Shown piece after piece: positions 28,859 through 38,577 of a stretch of 64,000 nt of DNA. Numbering within the stretch: the stretch's first letter is position 1; each line of letters begins with the position of its first letter. The position numbers were made by a program, and so were the translations under genes. Origin of the DNA: a bacterium (GTDB lineage Bacteria > Patescibacteriota > Minisyncoccia > UBA6257 > UBA9933); contig JAJYHZ010000002.1 of the NCBI GenBank assembly GCA_021796335.1, positions 192,998 to 256,997 of the forward strand, read 5' to 3'. Below the pieces are notes generated by a model. The model saw nothing but the letters and a program-made list of their open reading frames with translations. It ran no database searches and was not told the DNA's origin.

Positions 28859-31800
28859 ATTTTTTATTTTTAATTTTAATATTGGTAATTTTTATCGGAT
28901 CGGGTTTTATAAATCAAACGTTTGCGTATGACACGGAAACGCACGCTTATTTGACGAGCGAGATTTTTGATTTTTACAACAAAAATTTTCCGCAAAACAA
29001 ATTGGCTGATGAGTTTAAGAATTATTTGATTGACGGCAGCAGAAATGAGGATAATACGCCGAGATGGATGAATCATTTCTACGACCCCGTGAATAACCGA
29101 GGGCTTACTTGCGATAGCGCGATTGATTTAATTTGCTTAGGTAATTGGGAAAGTTCGAAAATTTGGGCAAATGACAACAATAATCAAAATAGTTTGACCT
29201 ACAAAGTGCCGGCAACAATCGCTTCGACTTTGACTGCGATTGAGCAAAAAAATTTGAGTTTAATTTCAGGCGAAACTGATTTTACCTGGAATGAGGCAAT
29301 TAAAGATTGGATTACTGGCAATAAGGGGAAAGCAATATTTATTCTCGGGCATATTCTGCATCTAATTGAAGATATTTCCGTGCCTGATCATACCAGGAAT
29401 GATTCGCATCCCGGAGACAGCCCTTATGAAAATTATAGCCAGCAATTCACTTTGGCTAATCCGGACCAAAACCTGAATAACAGGATGGTTGGCAAAAATC
29501 CGATAATTTTAAGCGATTTGGGAAATTATTTTGACGAATTGGCAAAATATTCCAATAAATATTTTTACAGCAAAGACACGATTGGAATTCAAAGCGGATA
29601 TGAATTTCCGCAACCGGATTTTACAAAATTAGAGTCAGGTGGGAAGTATTACTATGTTTTAAATAGAGATTCAGATGGCCAAAATTATTACCTCATTACA
29701 AAGAAGTCATTGGGAAATATAATTATTAGTTACCCGAATGACTATGCGTTTGATGACAAAATTTCGTCTTCCTACTGGGCTCTTCTTTCCGTGAAATCGG
29801 TTCAATACGGCGCCGGAGCGATAAATCTTTTCTTTCAGGACGTTGAAAAGGCGAAAAACGATTCGAACTTTATCAAGGCGGATACGGCGGAAAACAAATC
29901 AACTTTTTCCGCAATTTATGACACGGCAAAAACATTCGCAAACAATCTTGGCAATTCTTTGGCTTCGATTTGGACTGCGGCAAAAGGCGTTTTCAGCACT
30001 GATCAAAATTTCAATCAAGTAGCCGAAATTGATTTGCAAAACAATGCGAGCGATTCGAATTTGACCACAACCCAAAATCAAAATAAATCCCGGACAAACG
30101 CCAAAACAGTTTCTTTAAAAACGGATAGCTCGAAAACCAAAACAGATGCCGAGGTGGCAAATTTAAAAGATCAAATTAATAATCTGAAAAATAATATTGC
30201 GGCTTTGGAAAAAGAAAATCAGGCGCTTGTAAAATCGCAATCGCAGACAACCGGGGAGATTTCTAAAAATACCGCGATCGGAACGGCCGGGCAAACGAAC
30301 AATTCATCGCCGGCGCAAGTTTCTTGCGGCTTCAATACAGCTCAATCGCCGAGCCGCAATAAATTAATAATAAACGAAGTGGCCTGGATGGGTTCAAGTG
30401 CAAGCGCGAGCGACGAGTGGATTGAGTTAAAAAATATTTCCGGCGGAGATTTAAATATTTCCGGATGGCAATTAATAAGTCAGAATAATCAGATAGAAAT
30501 TAATTTAGAAGGTTTAAAAAATCAAAAAATCGGCGCGGGAAGATTTATTTTGCTGGAGCGGACCGATGATAATTCCGCCATAGGCGTTCCGGCGGATCTG
30601 ATCTACAGCGGCAGTTTGGCCAACACAAACACGGGATTGCGATTATTCGATAGCGATTGCAATTTAACTGATGAAGTTTTTGCTAATCCGAATTGGCCGG
30701 CTGGCGATAATTCTTCAAAGAAAACAATGGAAAGGGATACAAACGGCTTAAACTGGCACACTTCCGGCAATGTCGGCGGAACTCCGAAACAAGAAAATTC
30801 TTCGGCATCTTTCGCTCCAAGCGGCGGATACACAACATTTTCTCCGGCGAATACCGGCCAAAATCAAAATAATGCCGTTCAGTCGGCAGCGGCTCCGCAA
30901 TATTATCCCGTAAAAATAACGGAAATCATGTACAATCCCGAAGGAAGCGATACGGACAGGGAGTGGATAGAAATTTATAATGGCGGGATGTCGGCTGTCG
31001 ATTTAACCGGTTGGAAAATCAATGAAGGCAATGCGAATCATGGCTTGAAATTGTCCGACATCAAAACTTTAAATACGGGAGAGTACGCCGTTATAGCAAG
31101 CAATAAGGCGGGATTTCTTTCAGACTTTCCCGATTATTCGGGAAATATTTTTGAAAGCGCGATTTCTTTAAATAATGGCGGAGAATCGATTGCTTTGAAA
31201 AACGGAGATTTGAAAATTGACGAAATAAATTATTCGCCGGAAACGGGAGCTGACGGAAATGGAAAAAGCCTGCAGTTAATAGGTGGCTTTTGGAAAGAAG
31301 GAACGCCGTCGCCGGGAAAAGAAAATGCGCCGGACGCAGCGGACAAAAATCCGACAGCAGTTTTTGTTTTTAGTCCCGATAATCCGACAGCTGGGGGCGA
31401 GATAAGTTTCGATGCCTCTTCCTCGACTGATTCGGATGGAAATATTGTTGAATATGATTGGGATTTCGGCGACGGCATTTTTGCCACTACAAGCAGCAAT
31501 GCGATTACTCACACATATGCGAATCCCGGAGATTTCATGATTAGTCTGACAGTTTTTGATGATCAAAGCGTTTCGTCATCGGCAACTACTTCGATTTCAA
31601 TAAGACCAGCCGAGGATAATAACATAAATAATTCCGCAAGTCCCGCAAATATTTTTATAAGCGAGATTGTTTATGACGGCGAAGGCGATGACAGCGGAAA
31701 AGAATTTGCGGAATTGTATAATGCGTCCGATCAGACCGATTTAACAGGCTGGGGCTTAAAATATAAAAAAGGAGACGCGACTTCAGCCGAAACCTTGGCG

Positions 31801-33036
31801 GTTTTTGGAAACAATAGCAATGACATCACTGTGATTCCGAAAAACGGATTTCTACTGATCGGCTTAAATAATTATGACGCAGCTAATTATAACCAGGCTG
31901 CGGCCGATATTTTAAGATCAACGAGTTTGCCAAATGGAACAGCTACGGAAACTGTCGACGTAATTTTATACGATGAGAACGGGAATAAAATTAATAGCGT
32001 AAATTATAATGCGGATTCCGCTGCTAGCGGGGCAAGTTTGGAGCGGAGGGCTTTGGTGAACGGCGAATGTGTTATTGCACAAAACGAAAACGAATATTCG
32101 GGAAACGGATGCGATTCGAATAACGTTCTCGACAAACGGGAAATTCCAAATCCGCAGAATTCAAAAAGCCAAAGCGAGCCGAGAACTCCGCCGCCTGCGC
32201 CGGAAAATTTCACCATTAATTTTGAAGAAAATCCCATGCCGGAAGGATATAAACTTGATTGGAAACCATTGGATTTAAATTTAAGCTGGGGGGCGCCGCA
32301 AGGGTACGAAAATTTAAATTATGAAATAAAGGATATAAGCGATTCGGCAAATCATTTTCCCGACATTAAAGCAAAGGCGACTTCGGCAAAGATTTACATC
32401 AATGAGGTCGGCCGGGATTATAAATTTGAAATTTCGGCGATTGACGATATTGGTTTAAAATCCAGTTCAACGCAGTTTTCCATAAATGTTCCCAGTTTTT
32501 TTAAATCCGTTTCGTTTTATTCCAATAGCACATCTTCTTATTCACTTGATTTGAGTTGGGATAAATATCCGTTCATTCCCGATCCAAAAGCCGGAAGAAA
32601 AGTTGTAATTTTTTATTATAACCAGGATGCGCCGGCAATAGGCGATATCAAATGGATTTTCGGGAATGATTATAAAATGTGGGGATTGATCGGACCTGCA
32701 GGCGCCTTGTCTTTGGAATATCCGAATTGCTCGACTCTTTATCCGACTAAAGGAAAATCTTTAATACTTCCCGACAGTCCCAAGTACTGCAACGTTGATA
32801 CGGATCAGGGGAAATACGCAATTAATTACAATTTATTAAATAATCAAAAAATTTCTTTGACCGTATCGAGCAATCAATTTAATTCCGCTCCGGAATCCGG
32901 AAAGGATTATGTGACAATGGCGTTTTATTCTTTTATCCCCGGATATGAGCCGAATGATTACGGAACAAGAATAGTGGGAGTTGATAAAACTAAATATTAT
33001 TTTGAAGGAATTAAAGAAAATTTAAATCCCCTTTGA
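28837..33036 (+). CDS. Secreted Zn-dependent phospholipase C/P1-nuclease-domain protein with three lamin-tail domains and a PKD domain
   Basis: AYDTETH, NHFYDP, GHILHLIEDISVPDH; INEVAW/ITEIMY/ISEIVY LTD starts; YDWDFGDG PKD. Confidence 0.78.
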   Translation: MENRKLVDFLFLILILVIFIGSGFINQTFAYDTETHAYLTSEIFDFYNKNFPQNKLADEFKNYLIDGSRNEDNTPRWMNHFYDPVNNRGLTCDSAIDLICLGNWESSKIWANDNNNQNSLTYKVPATIASTLTAIEQKNLSLISGETDFTWNEAIKDWITGNKGKAIFILGHILHLIEDISVPDHTRNDSHPGDSPYENYSQQFTLANPDQNLNNRMVGKNPIILSDLGNYFDELAKYSNKYFYSKDTIGIQSGYEFPQPDFTKLESGGKYYYVLNRDSDGQNYYLITKKSLGNIIISYPNDYAFDDKISSSYWALLSVKSVQYGAGAINLFFQDVEKAKNDSNFIKADTAENKSTFSAIYDTAKTFANNLGNSLASIWTAAKGVFSTDQNFNQVAEIDLQNNASDSNLTTTQNQNKSRTNAKTVSLKTDSSKTKTDAEVANLKDQINNLKNNIAALEKENQALVKSQSQTTGEISKNTAIGTAGQTNNSSPAQVSCGFNTAQSPSRNKLIINEVAWMGSSASASDEWIELKNISGGDLNISGWQLISQNNQIEINLEGLKNQKIGAGRFILLERTDDNSAIGVPADLIYSGSLANTNTGLRLFDSDCNLTDEVFANPNWPAGDNSSKKTMERDTNGLNWHTSGNVGGTPKQENSSASFAPSGGYTTFSPANTGQNQNNAVQSAAAPQYYPVKITEIMYNPEGSDTDREWIEIYNGGMSAVDLTGWKINEGNANHGLKLSDIKTLNTGEYAVIASNKAGFLSDFPDYSGNIFESAISLNNGGESIALKNGDLKIDEINYSPETGADGNGKSLQLIGGFWKEGTPSPGKENAPDAADKNPTAVFVFSPDNPTAGGEISFDASSSTDSDGNIVEYDWDFGDGIFATTSSNAITHTYANPGDFMISLTVFDDQSVSSSATTSISIRPAEDNNINNSASPANIFISEIVYDGEGDDSGKEFAELYNASDQTDLTGWGLKYKKGDATSAETLAVFGNNSNDITVIPKNGFLLIGLNNYDAANYNQAAADILRSTSLPNGTATETVDVILYDENGNKINSVNYNADSAASGASLERRALVNGECVIAQNENEYSGNGCDSNNVLDKREIPNPQNSKSQSEPRTPPPAPENFTINFEENPMPEGYKLDWKPLDLNLSWGAPQGYENLNYEIKDISDSANHFPDIKAKATSAKIYINEVGRDYKFEISAIDDIGLKSSSTQFSINVPSFFKSVSFYSNSTSSYSLDLSWDKYPFIPDPKAGRKVVIFYYNQDAPAIGDIKWIFGNDYKMWGLIGPAGALSLEYPNCSTLYPTKGKSLILPDSPKYCNVDTDQGKYAINYNLLNNQKISLTVSSNQFNSAPESGKDYVTMAFYSFIPGYEPNDYGTRIVGVDKTKYYFEGIKENLNPL

Positions 33037-33064
33037 TTCTATTCAAAGAGGACTGAATAAAAAT

Positions 33065-33089
33065 CGCCGTCCCGTTGGGCGGGACGGCG
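33065..33089 (-). terminator. Terminator between convergent genes
   Basis: CGCCGTCCCG-TTGGG-CGGGACGGCG with a T run on the minus strand. Confidence 0.7.
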
Positions 33090-33103
33090 GAGTCCGAGGT
33101 AGA

Positions 33104-33661
33104 TTATTTGCTTTCTTTTTTCGGGACCGGAGATGAGACGGCTTCTATTTTAAGATCTTCGTCTAAAAGGATTATTCTGTCGGCCCTGTCTTTTAATTCT
33201 CTGGAAATCGTGCCTTTTGACGACACAATCGTGACTTTAATATCAATATTTTTCAGAGAATCAATAAGATACGCAAAGTCGGAATCTCCCGAGATGAGCA
33301 CGACTTCGTTGCAATCGCGACGCCAGGCATGACGGCAGATATCAGTGGCGATTTCAACATCGAAGTTCGCCTTATTTTTGATACTACCGTTACTGAGACT
33401 GATCGTCTTGATCTCTTTTGCGACAACCCTGAAGCCGGAAAGTTCAAGATAGTCATAAAATTTTTTCCAGCCGGGATTTTCGGGTTTTTCTATATAGATC
33501 GATTTCTCGACCAAGTCTGACCCGAGCGTCACTGTTTCTACGAGCTTGTTAAAGTCAAGCCTAACCTGGGTCAAGCTCATTTTTTTTGCCTGGATGATTG
33601 CGGCAAAGGCCGCTCCGATGTTTGCTTTGTCTATCAGCACGACAGACTTTGATTGCGGCAT
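33104..33661 (-). CDS. NYN-domain (LabA/DUF88, PIN-like) protein
   Basis: LIDKANI, KANFDVEIATD, LISGDSDF; GGAGG RBS. Confidence 0.85.
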   Translation of the reverse strand: MPQSKSVVLIDKANIGAAFAAIIQAKKMSLTQVRLDFNKLVETVTLGSDLVEKSIYIEKPENPGWKKFYDYLELSGFRVVAKEIKTISLSNGSIKNKANFDVEIATDICRHAWRRDCNEVVLISGDSDFAYLIDSLKNIDIKVTIVSSKGTISRELKDRADRIILLDEDLKIEAVSSPVPKKESK

Positions 33662-33801
33662 AAAAAACCTCCTTTCATACGGGAAAAATTAATTCCAGAT
33701 CATGCGTATAAACCGGTAAATTTTTACCCCCTCTCTTTTTAAGATTAAAAACGGGCTATAGAAGACATTATTAAAAAAGAGGTTGTTTGTCAAAGCGTCC
33801 G

Positions 33802-33935
33802 GCGCTGTTCGGAAGTATGGAATCTAATTATTTTGTTATACTGAACCATTAGCTGTCGGAAAAACGCCTTGTAAAATATAAATTGAAGCAACTAGAGATT
33901 TTTCGCAAAACTTAAAATGACTTTCCAAACAGCGC
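33802..33935. mobile_element. MITE-like element with terminal inverted repeats
   Basis: GCGCTGTTCGGAAGT ... CTTTCCAAACAGCGC; degenerate REP-like arms inside. Confidence 0.5.
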
Positions 33936-33973
33936 TAAAGCGGCGGGAGAATATTTTATGCTAAAATAAGCGC

Positions 33974-34462
33974 ATGGTTGCGATTTTATACAATATTCGA
34001 AGTTTGCATAATGTGGGGTCGATTTTTAGAACTGCGGATGCGGCGGGAGTAAAGAAAATCTATCTTTGCGGATTAACGCCGACGCCTTATGACGAATTCG
34101 GAAAAAAACGGTCGCAATTGGCAAAAGTTTCCTTGGGAGCGGAAGATTATATTCCGTGGGAGAAAATCGGAAGTGCACGATCGCCAATAGCGACTTTAAG
34201 GCTAATCGATAATTTAAAAAAAACAGGGTACAAAATTTTGGCAATCGAGCAATCAAAAAATTCAGTTCCGTATTACAAATTTGCTTCTACACGAAGAAAC
34301 AATCAAAAGATGGTTTTAATCGTGGGGAATGAAGTGAAAGGGCTATCAAAGACAATTTTAAACAGAGCGGATAAAATCCTGGAAATTCCGATGCACGGAA
34401 AAAAAGAATCATTGAATGTGGCGGTGGCATTCGGAATTGTTGTTTTTGGAATCAAAAAATAA
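33974..34462 (+). CDS. TrmH/SpoU family RNA methyltransferase
   Basis: NVGSIFRTADAAG, GNEVKG, IPMHGKKESLNVAVA. Confidence 0.92.
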   Translation: MVAILYNIRSLHNVGSIFRTADAAGVKKIYLCGLTPTPYDEFGKKRSQLAKVSLGAEDYIPWEKIGSARSPIATLRLIDNLKKTGYKILAIEQSKNSVPYYKFASTRRNNQKMVLIVGNEVKGLSKTILNRADKILEIPMHGKKESLNVAVAFGIVVFGIKK

Positions 34463-34470
34463 TTTACCTA

Positions 34471-34508
34471 TTATCGTATATTTTGACGATCGTCAAAATA
34501 TACGATAA
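34471..34508. repeat. Palindrome type B (38 bp perfect)
   Basis: TTATCGTATATTTTGACGA|TCGTCAAAATATACGATAA. Confidence 0.95.
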
Positions 34509-34535
34509 GATGAAAAATATTAATTATTAATTAGA

Positions 34536-35093
34536 ATGAAAGGAGAAAAACGATTAAGAATTTTAGAGGGAATTGAATTAGGGATGGATACTATCGGAGA
34601 TTTAGTTTTTATATTTAGTTTGCCGTACGGAACTTCCTTTTCTAAAATGAGATATCTGCTTGCAAATAGGGATAGATTTAAAAAATCAGACAATAATAAT
34701 GAAAAAAAGAGATTCCAGGATTTAATGTATCATTTGCGAAGAGACGGTCTAATCGACGAATCCAAAAGAAAGCTCATTTTAACTTTAAAAGGAAAAAAAT
34801 TTTTAAATAGAAAAAAATTTACAACTTTTTCATATAAAAAAGAAAGCGACAATATAATAAAAATAATAATATTTGATATTCCCGAATCTCAGAGAAGAAA
34901 AAGGGTGTGGTTGAGGCAGGCTATAAAAACAATGGGGTTCCAAATGATACAAAAAAGCGTCTGGTTGGGTAAAGTAAAAATCCCGGAAGAATTTTTAAAT
35001 GATTTAAAAAATATGAATCTGATGAATTATATAGAGATTATCGGAATTACAAAGATAGGAACTTTAAAACAAATGAAATATTTTAATCTTTAA
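34536..35093 (+). CDS. wHTH + Cas2-like (PaaX-type) protein, copy 2
   Basis: LRRDGLID...LTLKG; IIIFDIPE...RVWLR...IQKSVW. Confidence 0.8.
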   Translation: MKGEKRLRILEGIELGMDTIGDLVFIFSLPYGTSFSKMRYLLANRDRFKKSDNNNEKKRFQDLMYHLRRDGLIDESKRKLILTLKGKKFLNRKKFTTFSYKKESDNIIKIIIFDIPESQRRKRVWLRQAIKTMGFQMIQKSVWLGKVKIPEEFLNDLKNMNLMNYIEIIGITKIGTLKQMKYFNL

Positions 35094-35094
35094 T

Positions 35095-35134
35095 CTAATC
35101 GTATATTTTGACGATCGTCAAAATATACGATTAG
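35095..35134. repeat. Palindrome type B (40 bp perfect)
   Basis: CTAATCGTATATTTTGACGA|TCGTCAAAATATACGATTAG; separated from the stop codon by one base. Confidence 0.95.
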
Positions 35135-35307
35135 GGCATGCGTGGGGAGCGCATGTCTAGCCAGATTTTTTTAAGTCCAATATTTTTAAGTCCAATATTT
35201 CGCGCAGTTTTTCGGTATTTTGCCTGGGCCTTTTAAATTTGTTATAATTAATTTAAATAAGTGCTTCCTGGGATAGTATTCTTTTAAAAAATAAACTTCT
35301 TAACTTT

Positions 35308-36147
35308 ATGACTAACAATGCCTACAAAATAGGGATTGTTGGCACGGGAATGGTGGGAGGAGCGTTGAAGCGATATTACGAATCGATAGGACAAAAGACT
35401 TTTATTTATGACAAATATAAAAACCTCGGATCGCCGAAAGAGCTTAATGAGGCTGATTTGATATTTATTTGCGTGCCGACTCCTTATAGTTTTGAATACG
35501 GGTGCGACCTCTCTTTTATTAAGGATGCGCTTAGTTTTATAAAAGGATCAAAAACGATCGTAATAAAATCGACCATTTTGCCGGGAACGACGGAAATTTT
35601 TCAAAAAAAATATTTGCAGCACAGGTTTTTATTCAATCCGGAATTTTTGTCGGAGGCTACGGCGGATGACGACATGAGTAATCCGGATATTCAGGTTGTG
35701 GGATTTACCATACAGAGCAGGTTTATTGCGGAAGATGTTTTGAAAACTTTGCCAAAAGCGCCGTTTGAAAAAATAATGCCGGCTACCGAGGCGGAAATGG
35801 TCAAATATTTCCATAACACGCACGGGACCGTCAAGGTAAGTTTTGCAAACCAGATGCATGATTTGTGCGAAGCGCTAAACGTTAATTACGAAAATGTAAT
35901 GCAGTGTGCGGTGAAAACAAAAAATATCCAAATAACGAATTATTTACATGTGTGGCATAAAGGGTTTCGCGGATATGGCGGAACGTGTTTTCCAAAAGAC
36001 ATTCGGGCGCTGATTTGGCTGGGCGATAATTTAGGAGTTGATTTAAAAATACATAAAGCGGCCGAGGAAGTGAATAATAAACTGATGGAAAAGCAAAATA
36101 TAAGCGATCCGGAATCTATGGGAAGAAGCTGGAGTATTTTGAACTAA
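35308..36147 (+). CDS. UDP-glucose/GDP-mannose dehydrogenase family protein (short, lacks C-terminal domain)
   Basis: GTGMVG, ICVPTP, IKST, NPEFL, GYGGTCFPKD. Confidence 0.85.
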   Translation: MTNNAYKIGIVGTGMVGGALKRYYESIGQKTFIYDKYKNLGSPKELNEADLIFICVPTPYSFEYGCDLSFIKDALSFIKGSKTIVIKSTILPGTTEIFQKKYLQHRFLFNPEFLSEATADDDMSNPDIQVVGFTIQSRFIAEDVLKTLPKAPFEKIMPATEAEMVKYFHNTHGTVKVSFANQMHDLCEALNVNYENVMQCAVKTKNIQITNYLHVWHKGFRGYGGTCFPKDIRALIWLGDNLGVDLKIHKAAEEVNNKLMEKQNISDPESMGRSWSILN

Positions 36148-36184
36148 AACCTAAAAGCCGCTTTTAACAGCGGCTTTTAGGTTT
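36147..36184 (+). terminator. Terminator hairpin
   Basis: AAACCTAAAAGCCGCT/AGCGGCTTTTAGGTTT. Confidence 0.65.
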
Positions 36185-36402
36185 GGAAAAGAAGCGGTAT
36201 TTATCCAAAATTGTTTTGGATTTTTGGGGCGATCTGACACTATATTAATATTGTCCGCAATATTGATTATAAAGTCTGGCTGTATTAGTATTAATAAATA
36301 ATAAAATCCCGTAATTTGGGATTTATATTTTATATAAAAACTTCATGCTCAAGGATTGCGTAGGCTCAAAGAAAGACTTAGCAATACTTTAACAGGGAAG
36401 TT

Positions 36403-38574
36403 ATGCGCAGAATGAAGCTTTTGATGAAAATATCCCTTTGGATATTGGCCTTTATTCCTCTTGTTATCGCCAATTCGGCATTTTTCCCTTACATTAGCGG
36501 AAAAAGTTTGATGATCAGAGCGGCCATTGCAGCAGTATCTTTGTTATTTATAATCCATCTAAACTTTTCCAAATATTTCAGAAAAGAAATTACCGGAAAA
36601 ATAAAAAAATACTGGAAGAATCCTCTTACTATAACGACTTTTTCATTTATTTTACTGACAACTATCAGCGCGATTTTCGCTTTTAACTCTTATAAAGCAT
36701 TTTTCGGCGACGTGGAGAGGGGAGAAGGGCTTTTGGGAATTCTTTCATTTTTTGCATTTTTCGTTTTTTCTCTTTTAATTTTTGAAAAGGAGGATTGGAA
36801 TTGGTTCTTCAGGTTCAATCTTTTTACGGGAATCATTTTGTTTGTAAACGAATTTTCGGCATTTCATTCCGGTACGGTGAGGCCGGGCGCAAATACGGGA
36901 AACCCGACTTTTTTGGCGGGATATTTTCTATTCGTGATTATGGCGGCTATAGCGAGTTATGCTATGGCGGAAAGAGATTCGGCCGCGGGATTGAGTTGGA
37001 AAATCCTATCGGCTATAACCGGAATTTTGGCAGTGGCCGGAATATTTATCACGGAAACCCGCGGAACCATTGTCGGATTGGCGATCGGGGTTTTGGCAAT
37101 AATTATTTATGCGGCTATAAAAGGAAAGGAAACCAAAATCTTCAACAAAATCAGTTTGCAAAAATTTTCTTTGGTTTTATTGGGAGTGTTGGTTGCATTG
37201 ATGCTGATTTTTGCCGCAACAAGGACAAATCCGGTTTGGGAAAAAGTTCCGGGATTAAACAGGTTGGCTCAAATCGGAACTGCGAGCGGAGACAGTTCGA
37301 TAAATACGCGTTTGATTTCCTTGGGAGTCAGCTTGAAAGCGATTAACCCGACCAATAATTCACTGAAGGAATTTTTAATCGGATGGGGGCAGGATAATTT
37401 CAGCATCGCTTATAACAGAAATTACAATCCGCAATATTATAAATACGAGCACTCTTGGTTTGACAGGGCGCACAACAAAATAATGGATGTTCTGGTGATG
37501 GACGGGGTTGCCGGTTTGGTTTCATACCTGGCATTGTGGGGAGCGTTTTTATGGCTGGTGTTCAGGAAAAAAGGATTTTCCGCCTTGGCGATGGCGACTT
37601 TGCTTTTCGGCGTAAGCTATTTTGCACATATTTTCGTGGTGTTCGATCAAATATCCACCTGGATTCCGTTTTTCGCGGCATTGGCGTTTTTGGTTTTCGT
37701 ATCGGAATTCAAGGATGAAGAAAAAAAGCCTGCCCATAAAACCGCAGAAGCAGGCGAGGCAAATAACTATACGCTGCCCTTAATTTTCGGGGCAATCGCA
37801 ATTTTCTTTTTATACAGTTTGATTTTTTGGACCGTAATCCCTTTTTCACAAATGAGCACGTATTTGGGCGCATATTCTTCAAGCAATCTGACGGATTTTA
37901 CAAATGCGGTAAAAAGCTCTTTAACTCCGTTTACTTACGCGCAGGAAGATATAAGAGGACATTTTTTGTCGATGGCGATGTCGTCTTATGCCAAAAACCC
38001 GAATTTCAAGGATTTGTTCAATTTGGCTTTGAACGAAATGGTTGATTTGGTGAACAGGGATCCGGCGAATCCGAGGTACGCTTTGCAAGCGGGTGAAGCG
38101 TATAATTTTCGAGGAAAGATGACAAATAACGCGGATGATTTAAAAACGGCGGAAAAATATTTCCGACAGGCTTTGGCTTGGGCGCCGCGAAGGCAGGATG
38201 TCATTTATGATCTATCCATGAGCGTATTGTCCCAAGGCAGAATCAATGAGGCCCTGGATCTTTTAAACGGATCAATGAAAGATGACAGTCAGGTTCCGGA
38301 GACTCATTATTATCTGGCTGTCGCTCAGACTTATTCGGGCGATTATAAGGATGCGTTGGCCAATGCCGAGTATGCCGCAAGCAGAATAAGCATGCCGCAA
38401 ATGAGCAATTTGTATCAGCAATTTTTGGCGTATTTCTACAAAGAAAAGGACAAGGCGGATTTTATGACAACGGCAAACAGGCTGGAAATTTTGGAGTCGG
38501 ACAAAAAATCCGAATTAGATCAGATTTTAAATTACGTAAACAAAGGCCAATGGCCGGTGATTAATTTTCAGTAA
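36403..38574 (+). CDS. O-antigen ligase/oligosaccharyltransferase (Wzy_C) with TPR tail
   Basis: GNPTFLAGY, TETRG, GWGQDNF, DRAHN; TPR-like C-terminus. Confidence 0.85.
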   Translation: MRRMKLLMKISLWILAFIPLVIANSAFFPYISGKSLMIRAAIAAVSLLFIIHLNFSKYFRKEITGKIKKYWKNPLTITTFSFILLTTISAIFAFNSYKAFFGDVERGEGLLGILSFFAFFVFSLLIFEKEDWNWFFRFNLFTGIILFVNEFSAFHSGTVRPGANTGNPTFLAGYFLFVIMAAIASYAMAERDSAAGLSWKILSAITGILAVAGIFITETRGTIVGLAIGVLAIIIYAAIKGKETKIFNKISLQKFSLVLLGVLVALMLIFAATRTNPVWEKVPGLNRLAQIGTASGDSSINTRLISLGVSLKAINPTNNSLKEFLIGWGQDNFSIAYNRNYNPQYYKYEHSWFDRAHNKIMDVLVMDGVAGLVSYLALWGAFLWLVFRKKGFSALAMATLLFGVSYFAHIFVVFDQISTWIPFFAALAFLVFVSEFKDEEKKPAHKTAEAGEANNYTLPLIFGAIAIFFLYSLIFWTVIPFSQMSTYLGAYSSSNLTDFTNAVKSSLTPFTYAQEDIRGHFLSMAMSSYAKNPNFKDLFNLALNEMVDLVNRDPANPRYALQAGEAYNFRGKMTNNADDLKTAEKYFRQALAWAPRRQDVIYDLSMSVLSQGRINEALDLLNGSMKDDSQVPETHYYLAVAQTYSGDYKDALANAEYAASRISMPQMSNLYQQFLAYFYKEKDKADFMTTANRLEILESDKKSELDQILNYVNKGQWPVINFQ

Positions 38575-38577
38575 AAT

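Noticed and set aside
27301-35093. CRISPR-Cas locus suggested by the two Cas2-like domains
   Set aside because: No repeat-spacer array, cas1 or effector genes. The palindromes are kilobases apart or flank single genes and are not regularly spaced.
35168-35200. Tandem duplication TTTTTAAGTCCAATA x2
   Set aside because: Only two copies with no other occurrence noticed, most simply a local slippage event.
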